From the NCBI GenBank assembly GCA_964012435.1, contig CAXGSM010000001.1:32001-96000 (forward strand): a stretch of 64,000 nucleotides of DNA, in the 5' to 3' direction. Positions 47,586 through 57,155 of the stretch are shown here, one piece after another (the stretch's first letter is position 1; each line of letters opens with the position of its first letter). Made by a program: the position numbers and the translations under genes. The stretch comes from an uncultured bacterium (lineage in GTDB: Bacteria > UBP7 > UBA6624). Under the pieces are notes generated by a model, which saw only the letters and a program-made list of their open reading frames with translations, had not been told where the DNA came from and ran no database searches.

Positions 47586-47795
47586 ATGAAGAAGTTCCTT
47601 TTAGCTTTATGTGTGCCAATACTCGGCTTAGCTAGCTTTAATGGTTTAATTGCTATAGCATGCTCTTTCATTGCATCTAATCTTTTTGATAGTTTTTGGC
47701 TTGGAAAAGGCTTATGGGTACTACCTGCTTCTTTTTATTTGTTTTTTTATTACCTGATCTCTTTCGTAAAGTTCAAGAGGGAAAAAGCTGATTAG
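47586..47795 (+). CDS. Small two-TM hypothetical protein
   Basis: 69-aa hydrophobic ORF with TATCAT 7 bp upstream. Confidence 0.6.
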   Translation: MKKFLLALCVPILGLASFNGLIAIACSFIASNLFDSFWLGKGLWVLPASFYLFFYYLISFVKFKREKAD

Positions 47796-48286
47796 AAGCC
47801 TGCATTTCTAAAGGTAAAGTTTTTTAGATCTTTTAAGAATTCCTTTGGTGTTTGTTTTTTTATGTCAGGAAATCCTCTGAATTTATGATTGTTGAAAGTC
47901 ACTATTCTTTTTATGTCATTGTTTTTAATAGTCCAATACAGATTAGCTTCCTCGACATCAGATGTATAGAACCTTTCTTCTTCCATTTTTTCAAGACCTT
48001 TGTCTAGGTGGTATGCTGACATATGAAATATACGCATGTTGCCAAATGATTCAAGTTCTTTTACTATGCTATTCATGAGGTTATGTTTGAATGGAGGGTA
48101 TATTATGGATGGATTTGAAAGTTTCGTAAACAGTTCACCTATATGGTAGCCTGATATTATTCCCTGTACATCACCATACTGGCACCTTTCTCCTTTAAGA
48201 GAGCTTAGAAGTTCTCTGCACTCATCTGTCTCCGGACATCTTATAAATGTCGCAACAAGTGGGCCTTTGTCAATCAAAAATCTCAT
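47792..48286 (-). CDS. PIN (VapC-like) domain protein, divergent
   Basis: MRFLID (beta1-Asp), IISGYHIGELF (Glu), VEEANL, IVTFN..KF follow PIN motif order. Confidence 0.6.
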   Translation of the reverse strand: MRFLIDKGPLVATFIRCPETDECRELLSSLKGERCQYGDVQGIISGYHIGELFTKLSNPSIIYPPFKHNLMNSIVKELESFGNMRIFHMSAYHLDKGLEKMEEERFYTSDVEEANLYWTIKNNDIKRIVTFNNHKFRGFPDIKKQTPKEFLKDLKNFTFRNAGF

Positions 48287-48581
48287 GTTTTAACCTTATT
48301 TCAACTGTTGCTATTGGTAAGTTCAGCAACCTGTGGTCTCCTTTTGTCATAGGGTCTGGAGATGACTCAACTTCATATTGAAGTACTGCAGAAGGCTTTG
48401 ATTTTGTTTCAGACATAAACTCCGTAATGCTTGATTTATGAAAATAAATTCTCTTTCCTCTCTTTATTCCAGACATCTGCCCTTCTCTATAGTACTTTCT
48501 TACTGTAAAGGGTTTAACTGAAAGTAGTTTTGCAACTTCTTCCACAGTTAAAAAATCGTTGTTTGATCCTTCCGATAACAT
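48270..48581 (-). CDS. Excisionase/MerR-like HTH_17 DNA-binding protein
   Basis: FLTVEEVAKLLSVKPFTVRKYYREG...GIKRGKRIYF. Confidence 0.85.
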   Translation of the reverse strand: MLSEGSNNDFLTVEEVAKLLSVKPFTVRKYYREGQMSGIKRGKRIYFHKSSITEFMSETKSKPSAVLQYEVESSPDPMTKGDHRLLNLPIATVEIRLKHEIFD

Positions 48582-48818
48582 ATACGCATAAATATTAACA
48601 TAAAATAACCATTAAACAATATATAACAACATAAAAAATGCTTAAAATCAGTTAAAAAACAAACTGGAAAAAAGATATCTAGTTAATTTTCAGTTAAAAA
48701 AAAACAACTAAAAAAACTTTTTAAATCACCCTACTCATTCTTTTTTCAACGTTTTCAGTGATTTCCGATGCTGGGTTCATAAATGTTGTTTTTCGATTAT
48801 CTTTTTTAAAATGGGTGT

Positions 48819-50213
48819 ATGGATACAGGTTTGCTTGTTTTTTTAGTTTATGTTTCATTTATGTTCTTCCATGCGTGGACAGGTAATAAAAAAATTAAAA
48901 ACTCTGTTGACTTCAATGTTGCTGGCAGAGGTTTGCCGGGTTTCGTGATCGGTTTATCCTTTTATGCTTCTTTCATGAGCACGAATTCTTTTCTTGGTCT
49001 GGCTGGAAGGTCTCATTCTTGGGGTTTTTCGATATGGGGTTCAGGTATACTCTTTATCCTTTTTGCATGGGTCTCATGGAGATTCATTGCACCTAAGCTT
49101 AGGCTTCGTACAGAAGAATTAGGCGCCCTAACCCTTTCTGATTATCTTGGGTATTCTTTTAAGAGTAAAGGTTACGAAAGAGCAGCTTGTTTGGTTATAT
49201 TGCTCGCAAGCATACCTTTTATGCAGGCTGTCTTTAAAGGTGTGATGCTGGTTGTTTCGCAAATGACAGGACTCTCATCAACAGTATCTTTGGTTTTGGC
49301 ATGGTTCATCATTGTTGTTTACACGGTTGCCGGTGGCTTTCATGCTGTTGCAAAAACTGATGTGGTGCAAGCTTTCATAATGCTTGTTGCTTCTTTATTC
49401 TTGCCTTTTTCAATGTTTAGGTCTTATGGAGGTGTACAGAACCTTGTCGAGTCTTCTTCTGTTGATGCAGGAGTTGCTGTTTCTGATATATGGGCAATGG
49501 CTCCACTTGGAGCTGTTATAGGGATTGGTTTAGCAGGAGGCTTTAAGATGATGTCTGAGCCTAGACAGATCTCCAGGTTTTTTGCAATAGACAGTAAGGA
49601 AATAAAAAAAGGAGAAAAGATAGCCTTGTGGACTTTAGCAATTTCCTATCTTTTTATACTACCTGTAGGATTTTTGTCTAGAGGCTTTTTGGGCTCCTAT
49701 GAAGGGGATCTTGATGCAATTGTTCCAACATTGTTATCAATGCCTGAAGTAGTCCATCCTTTTTTGGGTTATGTTTTCCTTGCAGCTTTTCTTGCTGCTG
49801 CTATGAGTAGTTTAGATTCAATATTACTTGCTGTTTCAGGAAGCGTTCAAAGGGGTTTCTTTTATAAAAAAACAAGAAATGAATTGTTCTCAACAAGGGT
49901 CATTGTTGTGGTCTTGAGCATACTTCCTGCTTTTTTGGTTTTATACAACCCTGCAGAGATAATTGCATTAACAACTTTATCAGGAGCAGTTTTTGGAGCG
50001 GCGTTCCTTCCTTCTCTGATTCATTCTCTTTACAGTAAAACTGTGCCGATAAAAGCAGCATGGGTTTCACTTATTTCAGGCTTTTCTTCAGTTTTAATTT
50101 GGAAATTTTATATTATTGCAAATTGGCCAAGCTTCAAAATGGTTCATGAGGTTGTAGCAGGAACTTTAATTTCCTTTATTCTTTTTTACCTGGTCAAAGG
50201 GAAAGATGGTTAA
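48819..50213 (+). CDS. Sodium:solute symporter family protein
   Basis: DF.VAGR, S..ASFMS...FLG..G, YT..GGF.AV..TD.VQ, AAAMSSLDS. Confidence 0.92.
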   Translation: MDTGLLVFLVYVSFMFFHAWTGNKKIKNSVDFNVAGRGLPGFVIGLSFYASFMSTNSFLGLAGRSHSWGFSIWGSGILFILFAWVSWRFIAPKLRLRTEELGALTLSDYLGYSFKSKGYERAACLVILLASIPFMQAVFKGVMLVVSQMTGLSSTVSLVLAWFIIVVYTVAGGFHAVAKTDVVQAFIMLVASLFLPFSMFRSYGGVQNLVESSSVDAGVAVSDIWAMAPLGAVIGIGLAGGFKMMSEPRQISRFFAIDSKEIKKGEKIALWTLAISYLFILPVGFLSRGFLGSYEGDLDAIVPTLLSMPEVVHPFLGYVFLAAFLAAAMSSLDSILLAVSGSVQRGFFYKKTRNELFSTRVIVVVLSILPAFLVLYNPAEIIALTTLSGAVFGAAFLPSLIHSLYSKTVPIKAAWVSLISGFSSVLIWKFYIIANWPSFKMVHEVVAGTLISFILFYLVKGKDG

Positions 50214-50688
50214 GGGTATCAAGATAAGAGTTGCTGCTATAGTCAGCTATAAAGACAAGATACTGTTCAACAGGCAGGAGATCCCTGATAAAGCATGTGT
50301 TTATTCATTGATGGGAGGCCATCTTGAATTTGGAGAATCTGTTAAGGATTGCTTGGTAAGAGAGTTCAAAGAAGAACTTGATTGGGATATTGAAGTTCAA
50401 AAGCTTATTTACGTTTGTGAAAACTCATGGCTTGAAGAGGATCCTGAAGATTTTAACTTTAATCAAAAAATGCATGGTGTTGAGTTGTATTTTCATGCAA
50501 AATTGAAAAAAAAATCAATTGGAAAGAATCCAAAAACTACAGAAGATCACCTTTGGCCAGGGTGGTTTTCAAAAAAAGATATAGAAAAAGATGGCAGGGT
50601 TGTTCCTTCTTTTTTAGAGAAAAGGCTTTTTGAAGATATGGAAAAAGGTTTTTCCTCGCAGACTAAATTCTTTACAGTTGGTTTTTGA
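50206..50688 (+). CDS. Nudix hydrolase
   Basis: GGHLEFGESVKDCLVREFKEEL Nudix box. Confidence 0.9.
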   Translation: MVKGIKIRVAAIVSYKDKILFNRQEIPDKACVYSLMGGHLEFGESVKDCLVREFKEELDWDIEVQKLIYVCENSWLEEDPEDFNFNQKMHGVELYFHAKLKKKSIGKNPKTTEDHLWPGWFSKKDIEKDGRVVPSFLEKRLFEDMEKGFSSQTKFFTVGF

Positions 50689-51103
50689 TTGATTGTTTTT
50701 TTATCTTTTCTTTTATTTCCTGAGACACTTTGTCAATTTCTTTTGTTATCTGGCATTCCCAAAATCTCATAACAACCCACCCTTCTTTTTTAAGTTTTAT
50801 GTTTGCCTTCATGTCCCTTTCTTTATTTTGTTTAAGTTTTTCGGACCAGTATTTCTTGTTTGAGGAAGGTTTTTTGTAACAAGATGGACATCCATGCCAA
50901 AAACACCCATCAACAAAAATTGATATTCTTTTGCCAACATAGCAAATATCAGGCTTTCCAAATGCTTTGCTGTAGTTCAACCTGTAACCTCTGTACCCAG
51001 AATGCCAGAGATTTTTTCTTAGAAGTATTTCAGGCTTGGTGTTTTTGCCCCTTATTCGAGACATTATTTTGGATCTTATTTTCTTGGAAACCCTGTCGGT
51101 CAT
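50672..51103 (-). CDS. vsr: Very short patch repair endonuclease
   Basis: RSKIMSRIRGKNTKPE, GKPD, FVDGCFWHGC, N.ERD, GW.V.RFWEC. Confidence 0.94.
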   Translation of the reverse strand: MTDRVSKKIRSKIMSRIRGKNTKPEILLRKNLWHSGYRGYRLNYSKAFGKPDICYVGKRISIFVDGCFWHGCPSCYKKPSSNKKYWSEKLKQNKERDMKANIKLKKEGWVVMRFWECQITKEIDKVSQEIKEKIKKQSIKNQL

Positions 51104-51390
51104 TTTGAGTCCATGATGAAAGACATTGCCCCAAGTGAAACATTGCCTTTTTCGTCATGGTTTTTTATATCTGTTATTCTTTTGTCTTTTTTAAGTGTTT
51201 TTTTAGTCATTTCCCTCAAGACTCCCCCACTCTTTCCATGAATGACTGTCGCTTTCTTGATTTCATTTCTTTCTAAATCATCAAGCCAGGTTAAAAGCAT
51301 GTCCTCAGCTTCTTCAAATCTTTTTTTGCGAATGTTGAGTATCTTTGAAGGAGGAGGAATGTCTGGAGCCTCCCAGGATATACCTTTCAT
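51100..51390 (-). CDS. Stand-alone Smr/MutS2 C-terminal domain protein
   Basis: LNIR....EEA..L..WLD, VIHGKSGGVLR. Confidence 0.8.
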   Translation of the reverse strand: MKGISWEAPDIPPPSKILNIRKKRFEEAEDMLLTWLDDLERNEIKKATVIHGKSGGVLREMTKKTLKKDKRITDIKNHDEKGNVSLGAMSFIMDSK

Positions 51391-51737
51391 TCATCCTCCG
51401 GGAATAAAAATTTACCCGGGTCATTAAAGAAGTCGGTTCTAAATACACAATTAAAACCTTTTTTCTTCCATATCGGGATTATCCTTACATCTCTATGCGT
51501 TACTAATCCAATTGTTTTTATCGAGTGTGGCAAGTCAGGAAATTTATCAATAGATTTTGGATCCTGGGCCCCTAAGTCTACAATTACAAAATCCCATTTT
51601 TTATCTGAAATTCGTTCAGGGACATCTTTTGGTTCAACATGCTCAACCTCGTAACCAGTTGCATTTAATGATACTTTTATATGCTCCCCTAGTAATAAGT
51701 TAGGTATGCTCAGCAGAACATCTTCATTTATCTTCAT
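51387..51737 (-). CDS. Hypothetical receiver-like domain protein
   Basis: WDFVIVDLG, IGLVTH.D; CheY-like alpha/beta pattern. Confidence 0.45.
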   Translation of the reverse strand: MKINEDVLLSIPNLLLGEHIKVSLNATGYEVEHVEPKDVPERISDKKWDFVIVDLGAQDPKSIDKFPDLPHSIKTIGLVTHRDVRIIPIWKKKGFNCVFRTDFFNDPGKFLFPEDE

Positions 51738-53685
51738 GAATTGGTATTTTTTTCCATAATGATTTAATGATCAAAAAGCCCACTAGACCCATGATGGCAA
51801 ATGGCAAGAAACTTGTTGGTGCTTCAGGCGATAAGACGTCTCCAAATAGTTCATTTTTGGCAAGTATGATTGATGTAGCATTTATAAGACAGTGTATTAC
51901 TGCACTGTACCATATGGTTCCGGTCCTCAATGTGATCATGGCGAAGATGATTCCTAGAATAAAGGTGAACAGCAGCCTTGAAGGCTCTAGGTGCATAAGC
52001 GCAAAAAGAAGCGAGCTTACAAATATTGCCTTTTTGTTTCCAAGTTTTTTGAATCCATGTAAAAGCAACCCTCTGAAAACTAATTCTTCAGCTATTCCTG
52101 GCATCACTGCAACTATAAGCAACAAAGGAAGTAATGAGTTTTCATCAAATATTGTCTCGAATATCTTTGTGAATTCTTCATTCATTGGCCACATTGACTC
52201 TCCGATGTATCCAAAAAGCATACCAAAGAGCCATGCTCCTATGCTTATTGGAAGCAACCATGTTTTGGGTTTAAACCTTTTTAAATCAACAATGTAATCA
52301 TTCTTCAACCCTAGAAATTTGTTTATAAAGTGAGGCAGTATTATTAGCGCTGTTATTTGAGCAAAAAAGGTTCCATAAAGTATTGCTTGCCCTGGTAGCA
52401 TCCTAGGGCTTAACCTGCCTTCAAATACATAACTAAAGATTGCGAAAGCTATAAATATCAGTATGAATGAAAGTATTGACTCAGCGCTTGTCGCGTACCT
52501 TTCTCCTTTTCTCTGTTTAGTCCACCATTGTTTCCAGTTTATTCCGCCCACACCAAGTATTGTATTTTCAGATTTGAATTGATCAGCAGCTAAATTAAGA
52601 AAAACAAAACCAAGCAATGTTGTCCATCCTGCAGACAACCAGGATGTTAGGTTTCCTGATGCTGTAAGCCATGATTTTAAAGATATTCCAGCGCCGATTC
52701 CCGGTATCCAATTCATCCAACCAGATGGACTATCTGTGCTTAGGCTTAAAAAGGCTCCTATCATGAAAATCAAAACAAATGGGTGAAGGTAGCTGCTTGC
52801 TTCTTTTGTAGATCTTGAAGACCCTGCAATATAAAGAAGAGCTCCACTAAAAAATATTATCATCGGTATTGAGCCCAGAACCGTAAGCAGGAAATGAGAA
52901 TAAAAATTTAAACCCATTTGTCCTTGAGAAATTATGTTTATTGAAAGCATTAAAAGCCCTACATTCAGTGCAATTGCAAATAGTGCAAGAGATGCAATTA
53001 CAAGAAATTTTCCAAATATTATTTCTTTTGAAGTTATGGGGAGGGCTAAAAGACTTTCTGCAGTGCCTCTTTCCCTTTCGCCTGTCATTGAATCTATCGC
53101 TGGATGAGCTAAAAGATTGATGACCATTAATAGAACTATTAGCGGCAAGAATTGAGCAAGCTCAAAGCCTGAAACCTCTTTTTCAGGAGCTATATTGATA
53201 ATTTTTATATCTGGAGGATTGAGTATTTCTTCAGAAATGTCATTTGCTTTTAATGTGTTTTTTACCTTTTCTAGATTCCATTTTTTTATATAGTCTTCGA
53301 GCAGAGCTCTTGCTCTTTGAGATTTCCCATCACTTCTAGCTCCGTCGAAATGTATTTCAAATTCACCATTATTAAGTTCAATATACGCATCAAGATCCTT
53401 GCTTTTGAGTGAATCTAATAGATCTGATTTCAAAATCTTTTTAAATTCAACATTATCCTCTTCATTTTCAAAGGAAATTTCATTTGCAAAATTTTCAGTA
53501 ATGCCTATTGTGTAGCTTTCTTCTAGCCTTTTGTTGGATGTTTGTGTTTCTTGTATTCCAGCTATAAGTAAAAAAAGTGGCACGAATACTGCAGGCAGTA
53601 TGACCATTGCAATAATGGTTCTTATATCACGTATCAGCTCAGTTCCATCCTTGATGAAAATAGCTTTAACTTGATTCCACCTCAT
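51724..53685 (-). CDS. NatB-type ABC permease fused to a CPBP (Abi) intramembrane protease
   Basis: KD..ELIRD.RT, IDS.TGERERGT.ESLL; C-terminal EELVFRG, FALMH, H..IN. Confidence 0.88.
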   Translation of the reverse strand: MRWNQVKAIFIKDGTELIRDIRTIIAMVILPAVFVPLFLLIAGIQETQTSNKRLEESYTIGITENFANEISFENEEDNVEFKKILKSDLLDSLKSKDLDAYIELNNGEFEIHFDGARSDGKSQRARALLEDYIKKWNLEKVKNTLKANDISEEILNPPDIKIINIAPEKEVSGFELAQFLPLIVLLMVINLLAHPAIDSMTGERERGTAESLLALPITSKEIIFGKFLVIASLALFAIALNVGLLMLSINIISQGQMGLNFYSHFLLTVLGSIPMIIFFSGALLYIAGSSRSTKEASSYLHPFVLIFMIGAFLSLSTDSPSGWMNWIPGIGAGISLKSWLTASGNLTSWLSAGWTTLLGFVFLNLAADQFKSENTILGVGGINWKQWWTKQRKGERYATSAESILSFILIFIAFAIFSYVFEGRLSPRMLPGQAILYGTFFAQITALIILPHFINKFLGLKNDYIVDLKRFKPKTWLLPISIGAWLFGMLFGYIGESMWPMNEEFTKIFETIFDENSLLPLLLIVAVMPGIAEELVFRGLLLHGFKKLGNKKAIFVSSLLFALMHLEPSRLLFTFILGIIFAMITLRTGTIWYSAVIHCLINATSIILAKNELFGDVLSPEAPTSFLPFAIMGLVGFLIIKSLWKKIPIHEDK

Positions 53686-54389
53686 TGTTGCACACCAGCT
53701 ATTTTTAAAAAGGATTTTGAAAGACTCTCTTCAGGCCATTTGTTTTTTTTCCAGTTTGCTACAGATTTACCATCAGAAAGAACGACTATTGAGTCTGCTA
53801 TTTTTTCAGCAATCCAAACTTGATGAGTGGAGATCAGTATCCCCCTACCTTCAATCTTGGCTTGATTCAGGTCTTCAATTATCTTGGTTGTTGCGACTAA
53901 GTCAAGTGTTGCAGTAGGTTCATCTAATATTAAATAATCAGTATTTCTTGCAAGAGCCCTGGCTATAAGGACCCTTTGTTTGTTCCCTGTTGAAAGTGTT
54001 TCCATTCTTTTTTCTGAATATTGTTCGATATTCAATGCTTTTAAGTATTTTTTAGTTTGGCTGATTGCTTCTTTTTCAGCTAATCCTTCTGCTCGTAAAG
54101 AGAACAGTATATGTTCTTTTGCAGTCAATCTTTTGTATGTACCTGCATCTGCATGAACATAAGCTAAAGACTGACGAAGCTCTAGTGAGCTTGTTTTATT
54201 GTTGTTTAAAAGTATATTTCCAGAATCCGGCTTCAGTAACCCTATTAAAGTTCTTATTGTTGTTGTCTTTCCTGCCCCATTTGCACCAAGAAGAGCTACA
54301 ATTTCACCTTTTTTTATATCTAAAGAAACATCTTTACAGGCTTGTGTCCCTTCTATGGTTTTTTGAATGTTTTTTAAGGATATGCTCAC
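53682..54389 (-). CDS. NatA-type ABC ATP-binding protein
   Basis: GANGAGKTT, LSTG.KQR, ILDEPT, STH. Confidence 0.9.
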   Translation of the reverse strand: MSISLKNIQKTIEGTQACKDVSLDIKKGEIVALLGANGAGKTTTIRTLIGLLKPDSGNILLNNNKTSSLELRQSLAYVHADAGTYKRLTAKEHILFSLRAEGLAEKEAISQTKKYLKALNIEQYSEKRMETLSTGNKQRVLIARALARNTDYLILDEPTATLDLVATTKIIEDLNQAKIEGRGILISTHQVWIAEKIADSIVVLSDGKSVANWKKNKWPEESLSKSFLKIAGVQQ

Positions 54390-56260
54390 ATTCTTGAAGG
54401 TATTGATATCCCAAATATTTTTAAAGCTTCTTCTAATGTTTTTAATGTGCAGTAGGTTAAGTTAACTCTGAACATTTCTGTTTTAGGGTCTTCGTTAATG
54501 ATTGGACTTGAGTGGTAAAAATTTGAAAATGCCTTTGATAGCCTATGAAGCGACTCAAGCAAAGGTGTTGGGCTTATATTTTCAAAAGATCTTTTTAATT
54601 CATTTTGGATAGTAAAAATATTAAAGATAACAGCTTTTTCATTTTCGTTCATTTTGATTTTTTCAAATTTAAGATCAGGTTGTATTCCGCTTTTCTCTAT
54701 CACCCTTTTGCATCTAACTGCAGCATATTGCAAATAAGATCCCGTTTTACCTTCGTTAGACAATACTTCTTCCCACTTGAAGGATATTTTTTTGTTGAAA
54801 TCTCTTGAGAACATTAAGTGTTTTAAAGCTCCTGTTATTACTTTATCAAGATCTTTATTTGAAATTTTTTGATTTGATTTTGATTTTGCAAACTTCTTAG
54901 CTTCTTGCCATAATTCAGAAAAAGCAACAATATTACCTGACCTGCTTGACATTTTTCCCTCAGGTAAATCAACCATTTCGTATCCGATATGAATTAGTTC
55001 TGACAGTTCTTCATACTGTTCCAGTATTTTAAAAATTTGTTTGAAGTAAAAGCTTTGTGGAGCACCTACAACATAAAAAGATTTATCCGTTTTGTACTGG
55101 TTTTGTTTTAATTTTGCTAATGCAAGATCTTTTGCTGAATATAAAGGTAGTCCGTCAGAGCGTAACAATGGAAGCACATCTAGTTTTTTACTGTTATACG
55201 GTTCTTTTTTGAAATCAACCAAAACAGACCCACCTTCTTTTTCAGCTAAGTTTTTGTTTACAAGTTTGTTTGATATCCGAATCGCATCTTCTTCTACATC
55301 TGATTCATAATATATTTTTTCAAAATCAACATCGAGAAGTCGGTATATTTTTTCAAAAGCATCCATGCACCATTTTTTTGTTTCTTTCCAATCTTTTACA
55401 AGTTCTGAATCTTTGTTTTTCCACCTTTCTGCAATTTCATTTTGCAGATCTAGATTTTTCTTCCAGTTGATTGCAGATTCATTTAAGCTTTTGAAGTTTT
55501 CTGATTCAAAGAATCCATCATTTGATTTTTTTAGTATTTTGCTGATCAGAAATTTATTTTTTCGAAATTTTTTAAATTTTTCATCTATTTCAAAATTTGA
55601 ATTTTCATTAATTAAATCTTTTACGTCCCACGCTTCTTTAATGAATTTTTCTTTTGAGGCTGATTCTCTTTGTGCCCATTGTGAGTAGTATTCGCCAAGC
55701 CATCTAGAAAGATCAAGATCAGGATCCTCCTCTATAGAAGGTGGTTTTGGCTTTCCTGCCAACTCCCAACCCAAGAGGGCCTTAAGGACATGGGTCCCTA
55801 TGTCACCTATATAGTTTGCTGGAACTACATCTATGCCAAATTTTCTTGCTATTCTGACTATGAAATCACCAGTAACAACATTTCTAAAATGACCTATATG
55901 AAATGCCTTATGTGTATTTGGTTGAGAGTATTCAACAATCCATTTTTGTTTATTTTCGGTTTTGTCAAAAACATTTTTATTTATTGAGTAGAAATTAAAA
56001 ATATCCTCTGCAAGCTCGCTGTAATCTGGTTCAATTTTGAGTGATTTATTTTCATTTCTTACAGACTTGATAAGTTTCATTTTTTTTATTTTTTTTAAAT
56101 CGCTTTCTTTTGAGCCACCCCACCGAATTGAATTCGTGCAAATAAATGTCAAGTCTTTATCTTCTCTTCTTAGCGATGCGATATGTTTTTCTTCAGGTTT
56201 TATTTCTGAGAGCATGTCATTGACATTCGCGGTGAAGATTTCCCAAGGGTGTTTATTCAT
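54386..56260 (-). CDS. argS: Arginine--tRNA ligase
   Basis: VEYSQPNTHKAFHIGH, YIGD.G, RSDG..LY..KDLA, KMSSRSG, G.YLQYA..R. Confidence 0.95.
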   Translation of the reverse strand: MNKHPWEIFTANVNDMLSEIKPEEKHIASLRREDKDLTFICTNSIRWGGSKESDLKKIKKMKLIKSVRNENKSLKIEPDYSELAEDIFNFYSINKNVFDKTENKQKWIVEYSQPNTHKAFHIGHFRNVVTGDFIVRIARKFGIDVVPANYIGDIGTHVLKALLGWELAGKPKPPSIEEDPDLDLSRWLGEYYSQWAQRESASKEKFIKEAWDVKDLINENSNFEIDEKFKKFRKNKFLISKILKKSNDGFFESENFKSLNESAINWKKNLDLQNEIAERWKNKDSELVKDWKETKKWCMDAFEKIYRLLDVDFEKIYYESDVEEDAIRISNKLVNKNLAEKEGGSVLVDFKKEPYNSKKLDVLPLLRSDGLPLYSAKDLALAKLKQNQYKTDKSFYVVGAPQSFYFKQIFKILEQYEELSELIHIGYEMVDLPEGKMSSRSGNIVAFSELWQEAKKFAKSKSNQKISNKDLDKVITGALKHLMFSRDFNKKISFKWEEVLSNEGKTGSYLQYAAVRCKRVIEKSGIQPDLKFEKIKMNENEKAVIFNIFTIQNELKRSFENISPTPLLESLHRLSKAFSNFYHSSPIINEDPKTEMFRVNLTYCTLKTLEEALKIFGISIPSRM

Positions 56261-57155
56261 AGTCGCTAAGTACCATCATAAGAAATTTTTCGAAGCCAAA
56301 GCCTGCTTTTTGTGCACTTAAGGGCAAAAGGCTTAAATTTGTCATTCCCGGTATTGTATTTGTTTCAAGGTACCATATATTTTTATCATCAATTATGAAA
56401 TCTGATCTTGAGAAGGATTTGCAACCCAATGCTTTATGAGCATCTAATGCATATTTTTTTATTTTAGTTTGAATTGATATTTCTAAATTTTTTGGTTTTT
56501 TTATGTATTCCGTTTCTCCAGATGTGTATTTTGATTTGTAGTTGTAAAAGGATTCTTTTCTTGGTTTTATTTCTATCACGCCTAATGATTTTATTTTCTT
56601 GCCTGTCTCCATGACCCCAACTGTTAATTCCCTGCCTTTTATATATGGTTCAACAAGGCATTTTTTTGACACTGATAAATTTTCCCAATCTTCATCTGTT
56701 TCAATCAGCGTGGTGTCTATGCTGGAACCTTCATTTATTGGCTTAACTATCAGCCTGTGATTAAAACCTTTGAATCTAGGCTTTTTCTTTTTGTTGTACA
56801 TTTCTTGTGGGAGAACGGGTAACCCTTGTGAATCCATTAATTTTTTTGTTTTTACCTTGTCTAAAGCAAGAGAGCTTTGTTTTGCCCTGGATCCAACGTA
56901 TTCAATTTTGTGTAATTCTAAAAATGCTTGAATTGCACCATCCTCCCCTCCCCCTTTGCCATGAAGGCATGGAAAAATAAGTATATTTTCCAGATCCTCT
57001 TCAAGTATTGAAACAAGGTCATCCGCGATTTTTATATCTTTTTTTTCTGTACAGACATGAAAGCTTTTTATTGCTTTGTAGGTCTGAGTCATTGAGTTTA
57101 GGCTTACTTCCCTTTCTGTAGACCAGCCTCCTCCAAGGACGATTATTTTTTTCAT
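56253..57155 (-). CDS. ddl: D-alanine--D-alanine ligase
   Basis: GGWSTEREVSL, LHG..GEDG.IQ, KP..EGSS, YNYKSKY, SRSDF, LETNTIPGMT. Confidence 0.95.
   Translation of the reverse strand: MKKIIVLGGGWSTEREVSLNSMTQTYKAIKSFHVCTEKKDIKIADDLVSILEEDLENILIFPCLHGKGGGEDGAIQAFLELHKIEYVGSRAKQSSLALDKVKTKKLMDSQGLPVLPQEMYNKKKKPRFKGFNHRLIVKPINEGSSIDTTLIETDEDWENLSVSKKCLVEPYIKGRELTVGVMETGKKIKSLGVIEIKPRKESFYNYKSKYTSGETEYIKKPKNLEISIQTKIKKYALDAHKALGCKSFSRSDFIIDDKNIWYLETNTIPGMTNLSLLPLSAQKAGFGFEKFLMMVLSDYE

Noticed and set aside
44712..48818. Prophage or integrative element at ssrA, or an integron cassette array
   Set aside because: No integrase, no duplicate of the ssrA 3' end and no convincing attC palindromes; the core gene rph lies in the middle
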